A stretch of 32,000 nucleotides of DNA from Wigglesworthia glossinidia endosymbiont of Glossina brevipalpis (lineage in GTDB: Bacteria > Pseudomonadota > Gammaproteobacteria > Enterobacterales > Enterobacteriaceae). The notes below the pieces were generated by a model. That model saw only the letters and a program-made list of their open reading frames with translations, had not been told where the DNA came from and made no database searches. Shown here in pieces: positions 19,163 to 28,017 of this stretch (position 1 is its first letter; each line of letters begins with the position of its first letter). The translations under genes and the position numbers were made by a program. The stretch spans positions 450,001 through 482,000 of the forward strand of contig BA000021.3 in NCBI GenBank assembly GCA_000008885.1, in the 5' to 3' direction.

Positions 19163-19588
19163 TTATTGCTTTATAGATTCTAAAGTATTGCATACTTCTT
19201 TAAATTGTTCTAGTTGAATTGAAGATAATGGAGAAAAAATACGATCTAAGATTATTTTATGCGCATGTTCAGCAATTTTTAGTTTTTCTAATCCTTTTTC
19301 TGTAATATATACATATTTTACTCTTCTATCTGTTGGGCTTTGTTGTCTTTTTAACATCTCTTCTTTTTCTAATGCATCCAAAACAGTTACTACTGTACGA
19401 GATGAAAATCCCATATAGTTTTTAATGTCAGTAGCGCTAGTTTTTCCAGTTGTAATAAGATGCAGTATTTTCATTTTAGACATTGATAAACCTTCTGTAA
19501 CTAACTGTCCATTTACTTCTTTTCTTAAGCGATGATAAATACGTGATAAAGATTCTACCATAACTGATATATCGGTTAATTTATTCAT
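19163..19588 (-). CDS. MarR-family winged-helix transcriptional regulator
   Basis: 141-aa ORF with MarR/SlyA-type architecture: a central wHTH (TSATDIKNYMGFSSRTVVTVLDALEKEEMLKR), a wing with the DRR motif (SPTDRRVKYVYITEKG), and a C-terminal dimerisation helix. Only loose similarity to E. coli SlyA or MarR from memory, so no orthologue is assigned. Confidence 0.75.
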   Translation of the reverse strand: MNKLTDISVMVESLSRIYHRLRKEVNGQLVTEGLSMSKMKILHLITTGKTSATDIKNYMGFSSRTVVTVLDALEKEEMLKRQQSPTDRRVKYVYITEKGLEKLKIAEHAHKIILDRIFSPLSSIQLEQFKEVCNTLESIKQ

Positions 19589-20321
19589 TTTTTAATCTCT
19601 TTTTTAAAAGAATTTTTAGTTAAAATTAAATTTTATTTAATTTTGTTTTATATTAAAAATAATTAAGAAGATTAATCGTAATTATTAAATTTAAATTATT
19701 AATAATTTAATTTAAAAATTTATTAAATTTAATGTTTTATGTTTATATTAAAAAATATTAAATTTTTAAAATTTAATATTAATATATATTAACATTTTTA
19801 TTAAAAAATAATTATATTAAAAAATTTTAATTTAAAACTTTTAAAATCATTATATATATTTATTTATATTTTGGATATATTAATAAATTTAATATTAAGT
19901 TATTTAATAAAATATTTGTATTTTATGCAATTTATATCTTATATATATTTTTATTATTAATAAATAAGTTAAATAATAAAATAATGTTTTTTAAAAAAAT
20001 TATTTAATTCTATTAAAAATAAAAAATAAACTATTTTTTATTTTATTTATTTTTTTTATATATTATATAAATATAAAAAAAATAAAAAATATAAATTTTA
20101 TTTTAAAAAATTTTAAATTAAATTTAGTATTTATAAATTAATTGATTTAATGAAGTTTAAATTTTAATTTATTTAAAATAAATATATATTTAGTATTTAT
20201 TTAAAAAATTTAAAAAAAATATTTTTTTTGTAAGAATTTTTTAATTAATTTGAAATTTTTAATAAAAATAAAAATATTTAATAAATAAAATATTGTAAAA
20301 CTTTTATTTATTAATAATAAT

Positions 20322-21545
20322 TTAATTATTATATTTTTTTAAAATCAAAGTCGCATTTGTTCCTCCAAATCCAAAACTATTACTCATAACATAATTCAAA
20401 TCGTATTTAGTATATTTTGTAATTATTTTCATATCTAAATCTTTAGCCTTTTTATCTAAATTTTCTATATTTATGCTAGGAGCTATAAAATTATTATTTA
20501 ACATTAATATGGAAAATATTATTTCATGAACTCCAGCTGCTCCTAATGCATGACCAGTCATAGATTTTGTTGAAGATATCATTGGACTATTTTCACCAAA
20601 AGTTTCTTTAATAGCATTAAGTTCTTTTATATCTCCAATACTTGTAGAAGTTCCATGTACATTTAAATAATCTATTGAACTAACGTCTAAATTCTCTAAA
20701 GCCATCTTCATACATCTAACTGCTCCTTCTCCAGAAGGTATAACCATATCTGAACCATCAGAAGTAGCTCCATAACCTATTATTTCTGCATATATAAATG
20801 CATTTCTAGATAAAGCGTGTTTTAGTTCTTCTAATACTATTATTCCACCTCCTCCTGAAATAACAAATCCATCTCTATTAGAATCATAAGCTCTAGAAGC
20901 TTTTTGAGGAAAATTATTATAACTAGTAGATAAAGCACCCATAGCATCAAATTCACATGCCATTTCCCAACATAATTCTTCTCCACCTCCAGCAAACATT
21001 ACATCTTGTTTTCCAAATTTTATCATTTCCATTGCATTCCCTATACAATGAGCTGAAGTTGAACAAGCAGATGTGATTGAGTAATTAATACCTCTAATTT
21101 TAAAAGGAGTTGACAAACAAGCTGATATTCCTGAAGCCATTGCTTTTGTTACAATATATGGTCCAACGCCTCTTAATCCACGATATCTCATAGCGTCTGA
21201 TCCGTAAACTTGATTTTTTGGAGATCCACCTCCAGAACCTACTATTAGACCTGTTCTATTATTAGAAATAATATTAAAATTTAATTTTGCATCAAAAATA
21301 GCTTGCTCCATGGATAGATATGCATAAATTGAAGCATCGCTCATAAATCTTGATGTTTTTCTGCTAATAATACCAGAAACGTCTGTTTTAATATTTCCCC
21401 AAATTTGACTACGCATCCCAGAATCTTTTAATTCTTGAGAAAAATTTATTCCTGATTTTCCTGATTTTAAAGAATTTAATACTTCTTCTTTGTTATTACC
21501 AATACTTGATAATAGTCCTAATCCTGTTATTACGACTCTTCTCAT
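20322..21545 (-). CDS. fabB: 3-oxoacyl-[acyl-carrier-protein] synthase I
   Basis: 407-aa ORF colinear with E. coli FabB (406 aa). Motifs VITGLG..SSIGNN, NYSI.SAC.TSAHCIGNA (active-site Cys), GGGEELCWEMACEFDAMGALS, HGTST and NSFGFGGTNATL. AAGGA Shine-Dalgarno lies 6 nt upstream. Confidence 0.95.
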   Translation of the reverse strand: MRRVVITGLGLLSSIGNNKEEVLNSLKSGKSGINFSQELKDSGMRSQIWGNIKTDVSGIISRKTSRFMSDASIYAYLSMEQAIFDAKLNFNIISNNRTGLIVGSGGGSPKNQVYGSDAMRYRGLRGVGPYIVTKAMASGISACLSTPFKIRGINYSITSACSTSAHCIGNAMEMIKFGKQDVMFAGGGEELCWEMACEFDAMGALSTSYNNFPQKASRAYDSNRDGFVISGGGGIIVLEELKHALSRNAFIYAEIIGYGATSDGSDMVIPSGEGAVRCMKMALENLDVSSIDYLNVHGTSTSIGDIKELNAIKETFGENSPMISSTKSMTGHALGAAGVHEIIFSILMLNNNFIAPSINIENLDKKAKDLDMKIITKYTKYDLNYVMSNSFGFGGTNATLILKKYNN

Positions 21546-22133
21546 GTAATTCCTTTTATTAATTTTAAAATATTTTTAAAAAAATTATTTGTATAAATTA
21601 ATTTTTTAAATTTAAAATATAATTTATTATTATAAATAAATTTTGATACAATATATTACTAAAAATAAAAAATTTATGATTAAATATTTATTTATTAATA
21701 AAAATTTTATTTTATTTACTATCTAACAATAAATATGAGTAATATATAAGTTGATATTATATATTCAATATTATTAAATTAAATTTATATTAATAAATAT
21801 ATTTTTATTTATTTATATTTTTTGTTTTATATATTTAAATTAAATCAATTTTTGTATAAAAATTTTAAAATGTTTATAAAATAAATATTTAAACTATATT
21901 ATAATTATTAGTATAAATTTAAAATAATTACTATAAATCATAAATTAATTTACTTTTTTAAAAAAACAAAAAAATAAATAATTTCAATAATTATTAATTT
22001 TATTAAAAATAAATTGAAATGATAAACTTTTATAAAAAAATTAATTTTTTAAAAATTCAAAAAAATTTTTTAAAAGATATTATTTTATATTAATGAATTA
22101 TATTAATCAAATTAAATAAATTACTTAAAAAGT

Positions 22134-23057
22134 TTATTTTAACATTAATAAATTTTTCTTATTTATCATAAATACTCCTAATGATTCATCTATACAATCT
22201 ATCCATATAAAAGGGGCGTTTGAATATTCTTGCGATATGATGGACATATTTTCTCCAACTTCACAAACCAATACTCCATTGTCAGACAAAAAATTTGCAG
22301 ATTCATTTAAAATTTTTCTAATCAAAACTAATCCATCATTTCCTCCAAATAGACCAATTTCAGGTTCATGCAAAAATTCTTTAGGCAAAGAATTCATTAC
22401 TGTTTTATTTACATAAGGAGGATTAATTATTATTAAATCGTATTTTTTTGATTTAAAATAAATATTAGAAAATAAATCGGATAAAACTAAATTAATTCTG
22501 TTTTGTAAATTATATTTCTTTATGTTAAATTTAGCTACATTCAAAGCTCCTTCAGAAATATCCGATGCATCTATAAACGCTTCAGAATATACTTCAGCAG
22601 CAATAATAGATAAACATCCACTTCCAGTACATACATCTAAAATATTTTTTGGTTTGAATTTTATTAAATCTCTAAAATTGTCTGTAATTATTTCTCCTAT
22701 TGGAGAACGAGGAATTACAACTCTTTCATCAACATAAAATTCTAAACTACATAACCATGCTTTATTTATCAAGTAAGATGTTGGTATTCTTTCTTTTACT
22801 CTTTTTTTTATGTTATTTATTACAATTTTTTTTTCTTTTTTAGTTAATTTAGAATCCAATAATTCTTTAGAATAATTTGTTGATAATTTTAAACTTGAAA
22901 ATATTAATTGCAATGCCTCGTCTAATTCGTTATTTGTTCCTTGGCCATAACAGATGTTGTTAGTATTAAATTGAGTTATAGCCCATCTTAATAAGTCTCT
23001 TATAGATGATAATATATAAATATCTTTAGGCAAAATAAACGATTGTTTTTTTTTCAT
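22134..23057 (-). CDS. prmB: 50S ribosomal protein L3 glutamine N5-methyltransferase
   Basis: 307-aa ORF colinear with E. coli PrmB/YfcB (about 310 aa). Motifs ERIP.SYL.NKAW, FYVDERV..PRSPIGE, DVCTGSGC and the catalytic NPPY (IINPPYV). Confidence 0.88.
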   Translation of the reverse strand: MKKKQSFILPKDIYILSSIRDLLRWAITQFNTNNICYGQGTNNELDEALQLIFSSLKLSTNYSKELLDSKLTKKEKKIVINNIKKRVKERIPTSYLINKAWLCSLEFYVDERVVIPRSPIGEIITDNFRDLIKFKPKNILDVCTGSGCLSIIAAEVYSEAFIDASDISEGALNVAKFNIKKYNLQNRINLVLSDLFSNIYFKSKKYDLIIINPPYVNKTVMNSLPKEFLHEPEIGLFGGNDGLVLIRKILNESANFLSDNGVLVCEVGENMSIISQEYSNAPFIWIDCIDESLGVFMINKKNLLMLK

Positions 23058-23154
23058 TAACTAAATGTTTAAAAATATTATTAATATTTAATTAAAAATA
23101 TATTTAATTATATAAAAAAATATTTAAATATTTTAATATTAAATTTTTTAAAAA

Positions 23155-23227
23155 TGGGTCGTGCAGGATTCGAACCTGCGACCAATTGATTAAAAGTCAA
23201 CTGCTCTACCTACTGAGCTAACGACCC
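23155..23227 (-). tRNA. tRNA-Lys (anticodon UUU)
   Basis: The reverse complement is GGGTCGTTAGCTCAGTAGGTAGAGCAGTTGACTTTTAATCAATTGGTCGCAGGTTCGAATCCTGCACGACCCA, nearly identical to E. coli tRNA-Lys. Anticodon loop is CTTTTAA. CCA is not encoded. It lies just after cpoB, like lysT in E. coli. Confidence 0.95.
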
Positions 23228-23308
23228 TTTGTAAATATAAAATATAATAAAAAATTTTTTTAAAAAATTAAAATAAATTATATATTAATTTAATTAAAAA
23301 ATCTTCAA

Positions 23309-24064
23309 TTACAAACTATTTAATCTTTTTTTAGCTTCATTTGAAGCTTTATCATGTGGATAAAAATTAATGATTTTTTTATAAATTTTTTTTGCTTTTT
23401 CTATATCTTTATTTTTTTGCATTAATATTGCTATTTTTAAAAGAGCATCTGGAGTTTTCTGAAAATTTGGAAATTCTTTTATCATAGAAGCAAAATAATA
23501 TATAGAATCGTCACTTTTGCCTTTTATATAATATAATTGACCCAACCAATATTTTGCATTAGGTGTATAAATAGATTTAGGATATTTTTTAATAAAATTT
23601 TTAAATTTTTCAATTGCTTTATCGTGATTCTTATTGCCAAGAACTAATTTAATATGTTTATTATATTCTAATTTATCTTCATAATTTTCATTAATAGAAG
23701 AATTTTTTTTAAAATTATTATTATTTTTAACATATGATAATTTTAATTTTTCATAATTATTTATAAAAATTTTTAATTTATCTTGAAATTCGTTTTGATT
23801 TTTAATTAATTTATGCAATTCATGTTGATTGAATTGTACTTGAGACCTAATATTTTCTAAATCATTTTGATTTTCATGTATTTTATTCTGTATTTGATTA
23901 AGTAATTGCGAATGAGATTTAAAAAGTCTATTTATTTTTGTTATTCTATCTTCTATTGCAGGAATTGCTTTTTTTACTTGTATTTTTGCAGTAGCAGTCT
24001 TTAGACTAGCTACTGCAATTAAAAATATGCAATATACAATTTTGTTATTTAATATAATCATCAA
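23309..24064 (-). CDS. cpoB: cell-division coordinator CpoB (YbgF), periplasmic TPR protein
   Basis: 251-aa ORF with an N-terminal signal peptide (..IAVASLKTATA), a coiled-coil N-domain and C-terminal TPR-like repeats (YPKSIYTPNAKYWLGQLYY, FPNFQKTPDALLKIA). Lies directly downstream of pal, as in E. coli. Confidence 0.75.
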   Translation of the reverse strand: MMIILNNKIVYCIFLIAVASLKTATAKIQVKKAIPAIEDRITKINRLFKSHSQLLNQIQNKIHENQNDLENIRSQVQFNQHELHKLIKNQNEFQDKLKIFINNYEKLKLSYVKNNNNFKKNSSINENYEDKLEYNKHIKLVLGNKNHDKAIEKFKNFIKKYPKSIYTPNAKYWLGQLYYIKGKSDDSIYYFASMIKEFPNFQKTPDALLKIAILMQKNKDIEKAKKIYKKIINFYPHDKASNEAKKRLNSL

Positions 24065-24081
24065 TATTTTAATAAATATAT

Positions 24082-24594
24082 TTAATATGTTAATACTACT
24101 CTGCGATTTTTTGCATAGGTTGTCTCGTCATGACCTAGTATTGCGGGTTTTTCCTTTCCATAAGATATTACTTTCATTTGATCATCTAATACACCCTTGC
24201 TTTGAAGATAAATTTTTACAGATTTTGCCCTACGCTCTCCAAGAGCTATATTATATTCAGATGTTCCTCTTTCGTCTGCATGACCTTCAATAACTATTTT
24301 ATAAGAAGGATTATTTTTTAAAAAATCTGAATGAGCATCTAATATTTGAGTAAATTCATCTTTAACTACATATTTGTCTAAATCAAAATAAACAATATTG
24401 TTTTGTTGTAATTCTTGAGAATTTGATAACTCTGATCCTTCAGGCATTATGTTGTTTACATTAGAATCTGTATTTTCTGAAGAACTAATTACTGGTTCAT
24501 CAATATTTTTAACTTGTTTTTTAGAAGTACAAGAAATCATAGATATTAATGGAATTGATAACACGATGCTTTTTAAAAATAAATTTAATTTCAT
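24082..24594 (-). CDS. pal: peptidoglycan-associated lipoprotein Pal
   Basis: 170-aa ORF with a lipoprotein signal ending ..MISC. OmpA-like C-domain: [30 protein letters not shown] and NRRVVL. Confidence 0.9.
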   Translation of the reverse strand: MKLNLFLKSIVLSIPLISMISCTSKKQVKNIDEPVISSSENTDSNVNNIMPEGSELSNSQELQQNNIVYFDLDKYVVKDEFTQILDAHSDFLKNNPSYKIVIEGHADERGTSEYNIALGERRAKSVKIYLQSKGVLDDQMKVISYGKEKPAILGHDETTYAKNRRVVLTY

Positions 24595-24634
24595 TTTTTT
24601 TCCTTATTAATTATATAATTCATTCAAAAAAATT

Positions 24635-25930
24635 TTATATCTTTTGAGACCAAGCAGGAAATTTTATTTGCCCATTAATCTTTAGAATAGATGTTTTGAA
24701 TCTACCGTTAGTAGAAATTAATTCTATTACAGAACTATCTCCATATGATGATGTATATATTATCATAACATTGTTTGGAGAAATGCTAGGAGCTTCATCT
24801 AAAAAAGTTTCTGTAATAATTTTAGCATTATCCATGTTTATATCAAAAAGAGCAATATGTTGTGATTTTTTTTCAGAATTTACCATAGCTATAAATTTAC
24901 CATCTGGACTAACATTTGCGTTTTGATTTTTTGATCCTAACCATGATAATCTATTAAATTTTCCATTGCTAATATTTATTTTATAAATTTGAGGAGTTCC
25001 GCTTTGATCTGATGTATACGCTAAAGAATTATTATCTGGAAACCAACTAGGTTCAGTATTATTGCTATTTCCATGTGTTATTTGTTTTATATAACCATTT
25101 TTTAAATTCATAACGTATAAATTCAAACTACCTGTTTTTGATAAAGCGAACGCCAAATTTTCTCCATTTGGAGAAAAAGCAGGAGCTCCGTTATGATATG
25201 GAAAGCTAGATATATGTTTTATTGATCCAGTTTTTATATCCTTTATTTTTATTTCTGAACTTCCTTTTTCAAAAGTTACATATGCTATTTTTTTACCATC
25301 TGGAGACCAAGATGGAGACATTAATGGCATATTTGATTGATGAATAATATTTTGATTATATCCATCGTAATCTGAAATACATAATTTATATTTATATTCA
25401 TTATTTTTGTTATACAATATGTATGCAATTCTAGTATGAAAAACTCCTTGTATTCCAGTTAATTTTTTAAAAATTTCATTACTTATTTCATGAGCTACTT
25501 TTCTAAAAGATTGCAAATGCACAGTTCTATAACCACTCAATAAAATTTTTCCCGGATAATTTACAAGATCTATTAATTTGTATGAAATTAAATATTCACC
25601 GTTATAATTCAATGATATTTTCCCAGTTAATATTGTATTAATATTCAGTTTATTCAAATTTATAGAATTATTTTTTATTTGTTTTTCTATTGATTTATTA
25701 CTTTCTTTGTATATTTCTATTGGAGAAAATTTTCCACTATTTTGTAAATCACATGAAATAATTTTACTTATATTTTCATAATTATTATTCTCATTTACTT
25801 CAACCCATTCAAAAGAAGAAATTCCTATAGGAGTCGATATATCAATTCCTTTATTGATGCTAATATCAACATTTGAATAAGAAGTTTTAGAAAAAAATAC
25901 ACAAATTAAAAAAAACAATAATCTTTTCAT
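24635..25930 (-). CDS. tolB: Tol-Pal system beta-propeller periplasmic protein TolB
   Basis: 431-aa ORF (E. coli about 430 aa) with a signal peptide. Repeated propeller blades carry PSWSPDGKKIAY, PAFSPNG, PSWFPD and ISPNN. Sits between tolA and pal. Confidence 0.9.
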   Translation of the reverse strand: MKRLLFFLICVFFSKTSYSNVDISINKGIDISTPIGISSFEWVEVNENNNYENISKIISCDLQNSGKFSPIEIYKESNKSIEKQIKNNSINLNKLNINTILTGKISLNYNGEYLISYKLIDLVNYPGKILLSGYRTVHLQSFRKVAHEISNEIFKKLTGIQGVFHTRIAYILYNKNNEYKYKLCISDYDGYNQNIIHQSNMPLMSPSWSPDGKKIAYVTFEKGSSEIKIKDIKTGSIKHISSFPYHNGAPAFSPNGENLAFALSKTGSLNLYVMNLKNGYIKQITHGNSNNTEPSWFPDNNSLAYTSDQSGTPQIYKINISNGKFNRLSWLGSKNQNANVSPDGKFIAMVNSEKKSQHIALFDINMDNAKIITETFLDEAPSISPNNVMIIYTSSYGDSSVIELISTNGRFKTSILKINGQIKFPAWSQKI

Positions 25931-25984
25931 TTTTATTTAAAATATTTAAAAATTTATTTTACATTTATTTTTTAAAATAAAAAA

Positions 25985-26740
25985 TTATTCTGGATTAAAT
26001 TTCAATTTAATCTTTTTAACTATTTCATAAACAGTAATGTTTGGAGGTGGAGGTATTTTTGCTGATTTTGCAGAAGATATTGCAGCATGACATAATTCCT
26101 CGCTTCCATTTATCATATAAATTGACTTTATTGATCCATTTGAATAAATCTCAATATTTATTTCGCATGTTTTTCCTTTAAAAGTAGTATAATCATATAA
26201 TTTATTTTTAATTGCTTGTTGTATTATGGATTTATAATTTTCTACTTCATGGGATAATTTTTTTTCTTTAAAATCATTAATTTTTTTATTTTTTATTTCT
26301 TTTGATTTATTTAAATCTTCAATAAGATTGTATACAATTTTTTTTGATTTATTAGAAATATTACTTTTATAACTATTTTCTTCAATTTCATTTGAATTAT
26401 CTTTAATATTTTTTTTAATTTGTTCTATATTATATGTTTTTTTTTGTTTTATCTCATTTTTATTTTTTGTGAAATTTAAATTTTTTTTATTGTTTACAAT
26501 TTCTGAAGAACTATTAATATTGTTTTTGTTTGTTTTATTTTTTTTATTATATATATCTAAATAATTAGAATTAAATTCTAAATTTATTTTAATTGGATCT
26601 AAAGATGAAATTAAATTATCCAAATAATTTTTTTTTCTCTGAAAATTAATTTTATAATTTAAAAAAAAAATAAAAATTATATGTAAAATTATTGATGCAA
26701 ATATTGATATTTTAATATATTTTTTTTTGTTAATATACAT
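25985..26740 (-). CDS. tolA: Tol-Pal system protein TolA (shortened, low-complexity central domain)
   Basis: 251-aa ORF with an N-terminal TM helix (ISIFASIILHIIFIFFL). The C-terminal domain resembles TolA domain III (IQQAIKNKLYDYTTFKGKTCEINIEIYSNGSI...CHAAISSAKSAKIPPPP). Sits between tolR and tolB. The middle is N/K/I/E-rich. Confidence 0.7.
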   Translation of the reverse strand: MYINKKKYIKISIFASIILHIIFIFFLNYKINFQRKKNYLDNLISSLDPIKINLEFNSNYLDIYNKKNKTNKNNINSSSEIVNNKKNLNFTKNKNEIKQKKTYNIEQIKKNIKDNSNEIEENSYKSNISNKSKKIVYNLIEDLNKSKEIKNKKINDFKEKKLSHEVENYKSIIQQAIKNKLYDYTTFKGKTCEINIEIYSNGSIKSIYMINGSEELCHAAISSAKSAKIPPPPNITVYEIVKKIKLKFNPE

Positions 26741-26775
26741 TATTTTGATTAATTTATATTGGAAAAATTAAAATT

Positions 26776-27189
26776 TCAATTTGATTTAGTAGCTAATCCT
26801 ATTGATTTAACTCCTGTTTTTTTTAAAAAATTTATTATTTTTATAATTTCTTCATAATATATATTTTTGTCTCCTCCAATTAAAAATGAAGAATTTGAAT
26901 TTAAAATTAAGCAATTATTAATTTCTTTTTTTAATTTATCAAAATTTAAATTTTCTTTTTTTATTTTATTAGTAATTAAGTTAAATTCTTTTGTTATCAA
27001 AACTTCTATTATAATAATAGACTTATCTTTTTCATTATTAAAAGTATTAGAATTTGGTAAATTTACATTAATTTTTTGAAACGGTTGATTAGAAAAAACC
27101 ATAAAAATTAACATCAATATTAATAATATATCCACTAATGGTATTACATTGATTTCATATTTAATATTTTTATATAATTTATATCTCAT
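26776..27189 (-). CDS. tolR: Tol-Pal system protein TolR (ExbD/TolR family)
   Basis: 137-aa ORF. INVIPLVDILLILMLIFM (TM with conserved Asp) and FLIGGDKNIYYEEIIKIINFLKKTGVKSIGLAT match E. coli TolR. Overlaps the tolQ stop by 11 nt. Confidence 0.85.
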   Translation of the reverse strand: MRYKLYKNIKYEINVIPLVDILLILMLIFMVFSNQPFQKINVNLPNSNTFNNEKDKSIIIIEVLITKEFNLITNKIKKENLNFDKLKKEINNCLILNSNSSFLIGGDKNIYYEEIIKIINFLKKTGVKSIGLATKSN

Positions 27190-27886
27190 ATTTATTATTA
27201 TGAATAGTTTTTTTTGAAAATATTTTCCGATGCAAAATAGCAGAAAGTTCCTCAGAAAAATTTAAATAATTCTGAGAAATTATGTTAGACTTAACATTTA
27301 ATTTATTAAATGCTATTAATGCTGGAATAGCGACAAATAAACTTATTGCAGTAGTACTTAAAGCTTCAGATATTTCTGGAGCAATATTTTGTATTGTAAT
27401 ATTTTCTGAATAACCACCAATTTTATAAAAAGTATTCATAATGCTCCATACAGTTCCCAATAAACCAACGTATGGACTTACAGAACTAATACTTCCTAGA
27501 GTAGATAAATTAAATTCAATAAATTCAATTTCTCTATTAGTGATAATATTCATTGCTCGTTTTGTGCCATTAATAACAGATTGTGGATCATTAACTTCTT
27601 CATGATTCAATTTAGAAAACTCTTTAAATCCATAAAAAAAAATTTGTTCACATCCTGTTAGTTCTTTTTTATTAAATGAAATATCATTATATATATTTGA
27701 TATATTTTTTTTAGACCAAAATTTTTTTTCAAAAATTTCCATTTTTTTTTCTAATTTTCTTAAAATAAAAAATTTATAAAAAATTATCATCCAAGATGTA
27801 ATAGAGCAAAAAAACAAAAATAAAAAAATAATTTTTAAAATAAGATCTGATTTTAAAAATAAATCAAAAATATTAGTATTAATCAT
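27179..27886 (-). CDS. tolQ: Tol-Pal system protein TolQ (MotA/TolQ/ExbB proton channel)
   Basis: 235-aa ORF colinear with E. coli TolQ (230 aa). Motifs NIFDLFLKS, FEKKFWS, LTGCEQIFFYGFKEF, LGSISSVSPYVGLLGTVWSIM and IAPEISEAL.TTAISLF.AIPA. Confidence 0.9.
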   Translation of the reverse strand: MINTNIFDLFLKSDLILKIIFLFLFFCSITSWMIIFYKFFILRKLEKKMEIFEKKFWSKKNISNIYNDISFNKKELTGCEQIFFYGFKEFSKLNHEEVNDPQSVINGTKRAMNIITNREIEFIEFNLSTLGSISSVSPYVGLLGTVWSIMNTFYKIGGYSENITIQNIAPEISEALSTTAISLFVAIPALIAFNKLNVKSNIISQNYLNFSEELSAILHRKIFSKKTIHNNKYEI

Positions 27887-28017
27887 GTTTTAATCTCTAA
27901 GAAAATTCAATATACAAATAAAATAATATTAAATTAATTATATTAATTTAAAAAATATAATTTTTATTTTTTATATAAGAAATAAAAATAAATTTTTTTA
28001 AAAATAAAAGTATTAAA

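Noticed and set aside
19691-19710. A perfect 20-bp palindrome, ttaaattatt|aataatttaa, lies about 100 bp upstream of the MarR-family gene and is tempting as its autoregulatory operator.
   Set aside because: It consists only of A and T. With about 50% pairing probability per position, a 10+10 palindrome has about a 1 in 1000 chance per centre, so about one is expected by chance in the 733-bp spacer. It is kept only as a candidate probe in the MarR finding, not as a feature.
21980-22020. An 8-bp inverted repeat, atttcaat ... attgaaat, with a 25-nt loop in the fabB-prmB spacer, and short tandem atttc repeats at about 10097-10125.
   Set aside because: The stems are short and AT-rich and the loop is large. 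Structures like this are expected many times by chance in such sequence, and they have no positional relationship to gene ends.
544-27079. Twelve 68-106-aa ORFs in the track lie antisense to, or nested in, conserved genes: 544-756, 1926-2144, 3875-4162, 4460-4666, 4774-5094, 5110-5319, 10792-11031, 14100-14339, 22522-22737, 24027-24293, 24696-24926 and 26867-27079.
   Set aside because: Each lies entirely or almost entirely opposite a gene with a strong orthologue match. Their F/I/L/S-rich, low-complexity translations are what the complement of K/N/E-rich AT-biased codons produces. None has a Shine-Dalgarno sequence, a recognisable motif or its own intergenic space. Stop codons are rare on the antisense strand of such genes, so open frames of this length are expected.
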